Below, piece after piece: positions 60,581-64,000 of a stretch of 64,000 nt of DNA. Source of the DNA: Azonexus sp. (GTDB taxonomy: Bacteria > Pseudomonadota > Gammaproteobacteria > Burkholderiales > Rhodocyclaceae); the NCBI GenBank assembly GCA_041904995.1, contig JAYRMB010000003.1, forward strand, positions 86,447 to 150,446, written 5' to 3'. How positions within the stretch are numbered: position 1 is the stretch's first letter; each line of letters starts with the position of its first letter. The notes under the pieces are model-generated. The model saw nothing but the letters and a program-made list of their open reading frames with translations. It searched no databases and had not been told where the DNA came from. Position numbers and translations under genes: made by a program.

Positions 60581-61606
60581 ATGTCCCTGCATTACCCCTT
60601 TCCCCAACATCCCGCGCCCGGCGAGCTAAACGAGGTTGCGCCCGGCATTTTCTGGCTGCGCATGCCGCTGCCGTTTCAGCTCGACCATATCAATCTCTGG
60701 TTGCTGCGCGACGGGCCGGGCTGGTGCATTGTCGACACCGGCTTCCCCGATGACGGCGTGCGCGAGCTCTGGTCGCAGATTATCGATCGGCTCGATGCCC
60801 CGGTAACTCGCCTGATCGTGACCCACTTCCATCCCGATCACCTCGGGCTGGCGACCTGGCTGATGGAAAAGACTGGTGCACCGCTGTGGATGACCACCGG
60901 CGAATTCCTGACGGCTCACGTGGTTTGGAACGAGGTCGGCGGCCATGGCGCACGTTTCATGGTCGAGCAGTTCCGCCAGCATGGCCTGGATGCCGAACAT
61001 CTGGCCAAGTTCGAGAAGCGTGGGTCCGGCTATCGCAAGGCGGTTCCTGCATTGCCTGAGCATTACCAACGGGTGAAGGCGGGCGATGCACTAAGCATCG
61101 ATGGGCATTCTTGGCAGGTCATGATCGGTCATGGTCATGCACCGGAGCATATGGCGCTTTACTGTGCAGAAGCCGGCGTGTTAATTTCCGGAGACATGCT
61201 TTTACCGAGAATTTCCACCAATATCAGCGTTTTTGCTGCGACCCCCGAGGCCGATGCTCTGCGCTGGTATCTCGACTCGCTCGACGAGCTGGCGGCGGAC
61301 ATTCCGGAAAAGACCCTGGTACTGCCGTCGCACGGTTTGCCCTTCATCGGGGTACAGCCGCGCGTCGCAGATTTGCATGCGCACCACGAAGAACGATTGC
61401 ATGCATTGGAGAAGAGCTGTGAACAAGCGCCACAGAGCGCAGCCGAGTTGCTCGATGTCCTGTTCAACCGGCAACTGGATACGCACCAAACCATGTTCGC
61501 GATGGGGGAGGCGATTGCCCATCTGAACTACCTTGAACAAGCTGGTCGGTTGTCACGCAGCATCGGCACCGACGGGGTGATTCGTTTTTCGCGGTTGCAG
61601 CACTGA
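60581..61606 (+). CDS. MBL-fold metallo-hydrolase
   Basis: LDHINLWL, THFHPDHLG, GHGHAPEH, LPSHG. Confidence 0.92.
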   Translation: MSLHYPFPQHPAPGELNEVAPGIFWLRMPLPFQLDHINLWLLRDGPGWCIVDTGFPDDGVRELWSQIIDRLDAPVTRLIVTHFHPDHLGLATWLMEKTGAPLWMTTGEFLTAHVVWNEVGGHGARFMVEQFRQHGLDAEHLAKFEKRGSGYRKAVPALPEHYQRVKAGDALSIDGHSWQVMIGHGHAPEHMALYCAEAGVLISGDMLLPRISTNISVFAATPEADALRWYLDSLDELAADIPEKTLVLPSHGLPFIGVQPRVADLHAHHEERLHALEKSCEQAPQSAAELLDVLFNRQLDTHQTMFAMGEAIAHLNYLEQAGRLSRSIGTDGVIRFSRLQH

Positions 61607-61637
61607 CCCGCCGCGCACTGACAGAGGGAGTTTGAGT

Positions 61638-63470
61638 ATGTCGCAGCAAACCGAAGACCAGGGCGTTAACCTGCCCAACCCGGCCGAAATGGCCAAGACC
61701 TATGCCGAGGTTGCACAGCGCGCCTCGCGCATCATCACCCAGTTCATGGAAAAGAAGGCCAAGGAAGGGGTCGAGGCACCGAGCGATGAAATGGGCGTGG
61801 CCCGTGCCTTCATGGATCTGTCGGCCCGCCTGATGGCCAATCCGTACAAGCTGGCCCAGGCCCAGATGAACATGATGTGGGACTACTTCTCGCTGTGGCA
61901 GGGTTCCATGATGAAGATGATGGGCATGCCGGGCGCTGCACCGGTCGCCGCGCCGCAGAAGGGTGACAAGCGCTTCAAGGACGAGGACTGGGAGCAGCAC
62001 TTCCTGTTTGACTTCGTCAAGCAGTCCTATCTGATCGCCGCCCGCCATATTCACGACACCGTGGCCGGTACCGAAGGCCTGGACGATTCGACCCAGCAGA
62101 AGGTCAATTTCTTTACCCGCCAGTACATCGACGCCCTGTCGCCGTCTAACTTCGCCCTGACCAACCCGGAAGTCTTCCGTGAAACGGTCAAGAGCCACGG
62201 CCAGAACCTGATCAAGGGTCTGAACAATTTACTCAACGACATGACCGACGACGGTCAACTGCGCATCCGCATGACCGACACCTCTGCCTTCGAGATGGGC
62301 AAGAACGTCGCGACTACGCCGGGCAAGGTGGTCTACCAGAACGAACTGTTCCAGTTGATCCAGTACAACCCGGGTACGACCGATCAGTACAAGAAGCCCT
62401 TCCTGATCGTGCCGCCGTGGATCAACAAGTACTACATCCTTGATCTGCGTGACAAGAATTCGCTGGTCAAGTGGGCGACCGACCAAGGCCACACCACCTT
62501 CATCATTTCCTGGGTCAACCCGGACGAGAAGATGGCCGAAGTCAGCTTCGAAGACTACATGCTGAAGGGCACGCTCGAAGCCATCACCCAGGTTTGCGAG
62601 CAAACCGGCGAGGATTCGGTCAATCTGGCGGCTTACTGCATCGGCGGCACGCTGACCATGTCGACGCTGGCCTACATGGCTGCCAAGAAGGACAAGCGCG
62701 CCAATTCTGCGACCTTCTTCACCACCATGCTCGACTTCTCCGAGCCGGGCGAACTCTCCGTCTTCCTGGATGAAGGCACCATCGAGGGCCTCGAGAAGAA
62801 GATGGAAAAGCGCGGCTTCCTGGAAGGCTCGGAAATGGCCGGCACTTTCAACATGTTGCGCGCCAACGACCTGATCTGGTCCTTCGTGGTGAACAACTAC
62901 CTGATGGGCAAGGATCCGTTCCCGTTCGACCTGCTCTACTGGAACTCCGACTCGACGCGCATGCCGAAGGCCATGCACAGCTTCTACCTGCGCAACATGT
63001 ATCTCGGCAACAAGCTGAAAGATCCGGGCGGCATCACGCTGGGCGGCGTCAAGATCGATATCCGCAAGGTCAAGACGCCGTGCTACTTCATCTCGACCAT
63101 CGAAGACCACATCGCACCGTGGAAGAGCACCTACATGGGCGCCCGCCTGCCGTCCGGCCCGACCAAGTTCGTGCTTGGCGGTTCCGGTCACATCGCCGGC
63201 ATCGTCAATCCGCCGGCCGCCAACAAGTACGGCTACTGGACCAACGATGCGACTGACGGCAATCTGCCGGAAAGCCCGGAAGACTTCCTGGCCGGCGCTA
63301 CTCAGAACGCCGGTTCGTGGTGGACGCATTGGCACGAGTGGGTGACCAGCCTGCCCGGCGGTTCCGCCAAGGTCAAGGCACGCAATCCTGCAGCCGGCAA
63401 GCTGAAGGCGCTGGAGGATGCACCGGGCAGCTACGTCAAGTTCCGTCTGGATGCCCAGAAGCAGGGCTAA
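61638..63470 (+). CDS. phaC: Class I polyhydroxyalkanoate synthase
   Basis: VPPWINKYYILDL, lipase-box variant AYCIGG, EDHIAPW, SGHIAG. Confidence 0.96.
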   Translation: MSQQTEDQGVNLPNPAEMAKTYAEVAQRASRIITQFMEKKAKEGVEAPSDEMGVARAFMDLSARLMANPYKLAQAQMNMMWDYFSLWQGSMMKMMGMPGAAPVAAPQKGDKRFKDEDWEQHFLFDFVKQSYLIAARHIHDTVAGTEGLDDSTQQKVNFFTRQYIDALSPSNFALTNPEVFRETVKSHGQNLIKGLNNLLNDMTDDGQLRIRMTDTSAFEMGKNVATTPGKVVYQNELFQLIQYNPGTTDQYKKPFLIVPPWINKYYILDLRDKNSLVKWATDQGHTTFIISWVNPDEKMAEVSFEDYMLKGTLEAITQVCEQTGEDSVNLAAYCIGGTLTMSTLAYMAAKKDKRANSATFFTTMLDFSEPGELSVFLDEGTIEGLEKKMEKRGFLEGSEMAGTFNMLRANDLIWSFVVNNYLMGKDPFPFDLLYWNSDSTRMPKAMHSFYLRNMYLGNKLKDPGGITLGGVKIDIRKVKTPCYFISTIEDHIAPWKSTYMGARLPSGPTKFVLGGSGHIAGIVNPPAANKYGYWTNDATDGNLPESPEDFLAGATQNAGSWWTHWHEWVTSLPGGSAKVKARNPAAGKLKALEDAPGSYVKFRLDAQKQG

Positions 63471-63495
63471 TCCACGCGATTTCTGAAAGTTTGGC

Positions 63496-63523
63496 AACGG
63501 GAGACTTCGGTCTCCCGTTTTTT
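63496..63523 (+). terminator. Intrinsic terminator after phaC
   Basis: AACGGGAGAC-TTCG-GTCTCCCGTT followed by T residues. Confidence 0.9.
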
Positions 63524-63678
63524 ATTGTCTTTCGCTTCCAGTGATGACCCCAAATCCGGACGGTCTCGACGACCTTTCCATGAATAATGGCGCAAAATGT
63601 TATTTACGCCATTATTGGCGTCCATGGCGATTCGGGTATTATGCGTAAAAACTAATATGCATACGAAGGGGGAGGGAG

Positions 63679-64000
63679 ATGACGGATGAGGCCGTAGACA
63701 AGATTCGGTTGGCTCTGGAAGCGCCGGAGCAGCATCTGTCTTTTGCCATTACCTTGATGGAGCACCTGGTGGTACCCACCTTCGTGCTCGATGCGGATCA
63801 CAAGGTGCTGATCTGGAATCGCGCCTGCGAACGTCTGACCCACGTTCCAGCGGCAGAAATCATCGGCACGCGCGACCACTGGAAAGCTTTCTACGAATCC
63901 GAGCGTCCCTGTCTGGCCGATCTGGTGGCGAACGGTCACTACGAAGAGATCGCCGATCTCTACTCGGTTCATGACGAACCCGATCAGCCGACTTTTGGCG
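63679..64000 (+). CDS. PAS-domain signalling protein, runs off the window end
   Basis: RBS GGAGG; MTDEAVD..PTFVLDADHKVLIWNRACERLT; frame open to 64000. Not in the supplied ORF track. Confidence 0.75.
   Translation, partial: MTDEAVDKIRLALEAPEQHLSFAITLMEHLVVPTFVLDADHKVLIWNRACERLTHVPAAEIIGTRDHWKAFYESERPCLADLVANGHYEEIADLYSVHDEPDQPTFG

Overview
GC-rich betaproteobacterial chromosome (Rhodocyclales, Dechloromonas/Azonexus-like; inferred from gene content, not verified) with two accessory insertions. (1) A 23,943-bp element at 4414-28356 splits a DUF3391/HD-GYP gene and is flanked by a 5-bp target duplication (CCGAC). It has TG...CA termini with ~20-bp subterminal repeats and a single IS21-family istA-istB pair, which sits downstream of a Mu-phage-like divergent repressor/Ner gene pair. 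A nested IS481 and an IS3 relic follow. The cargo is an ~18-kb, AT-richer run of + strand genes: a PhnDCE-like ABC transporter; a candidate carrier-protein biosynthetic cluster I cannot match to any known pathway (580-aa orphan, 7Fe ferredoxin, ACP-GNAT fusion, C45 Ntn acyltransferase, alpha/beta hydrolase, divergent TsaC/YrdC, MFS, lone GcvT, putative outer-membrane protein, acyl-AMP ligase, PPTase); and then a rubredoxin relic, an FNT channel and a tyrB-like aminotransferase. (2) A 2.4-kb integrase-less islet at the 3' end of tRNA-Gly(CCC) carries an ABC/AAA_21 ATPase plus a DUF4276/TOPRIM-like gene, a candidate anti-phage pair. The backbone encodes yheS, mutY, c-di-GMP enzymes, ubiX, rapZ, the leucine/isovalerate (liu) pathway with liuR, a GNAT-carbonic anhydrase fusion, a MAKRKKKK micro-ORF before an odd ABC exporter, phaC and several REP-like repeats. 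No CRISPR array or rRNA was seen. All protein assignments come from motif recognition only; no database search was run.
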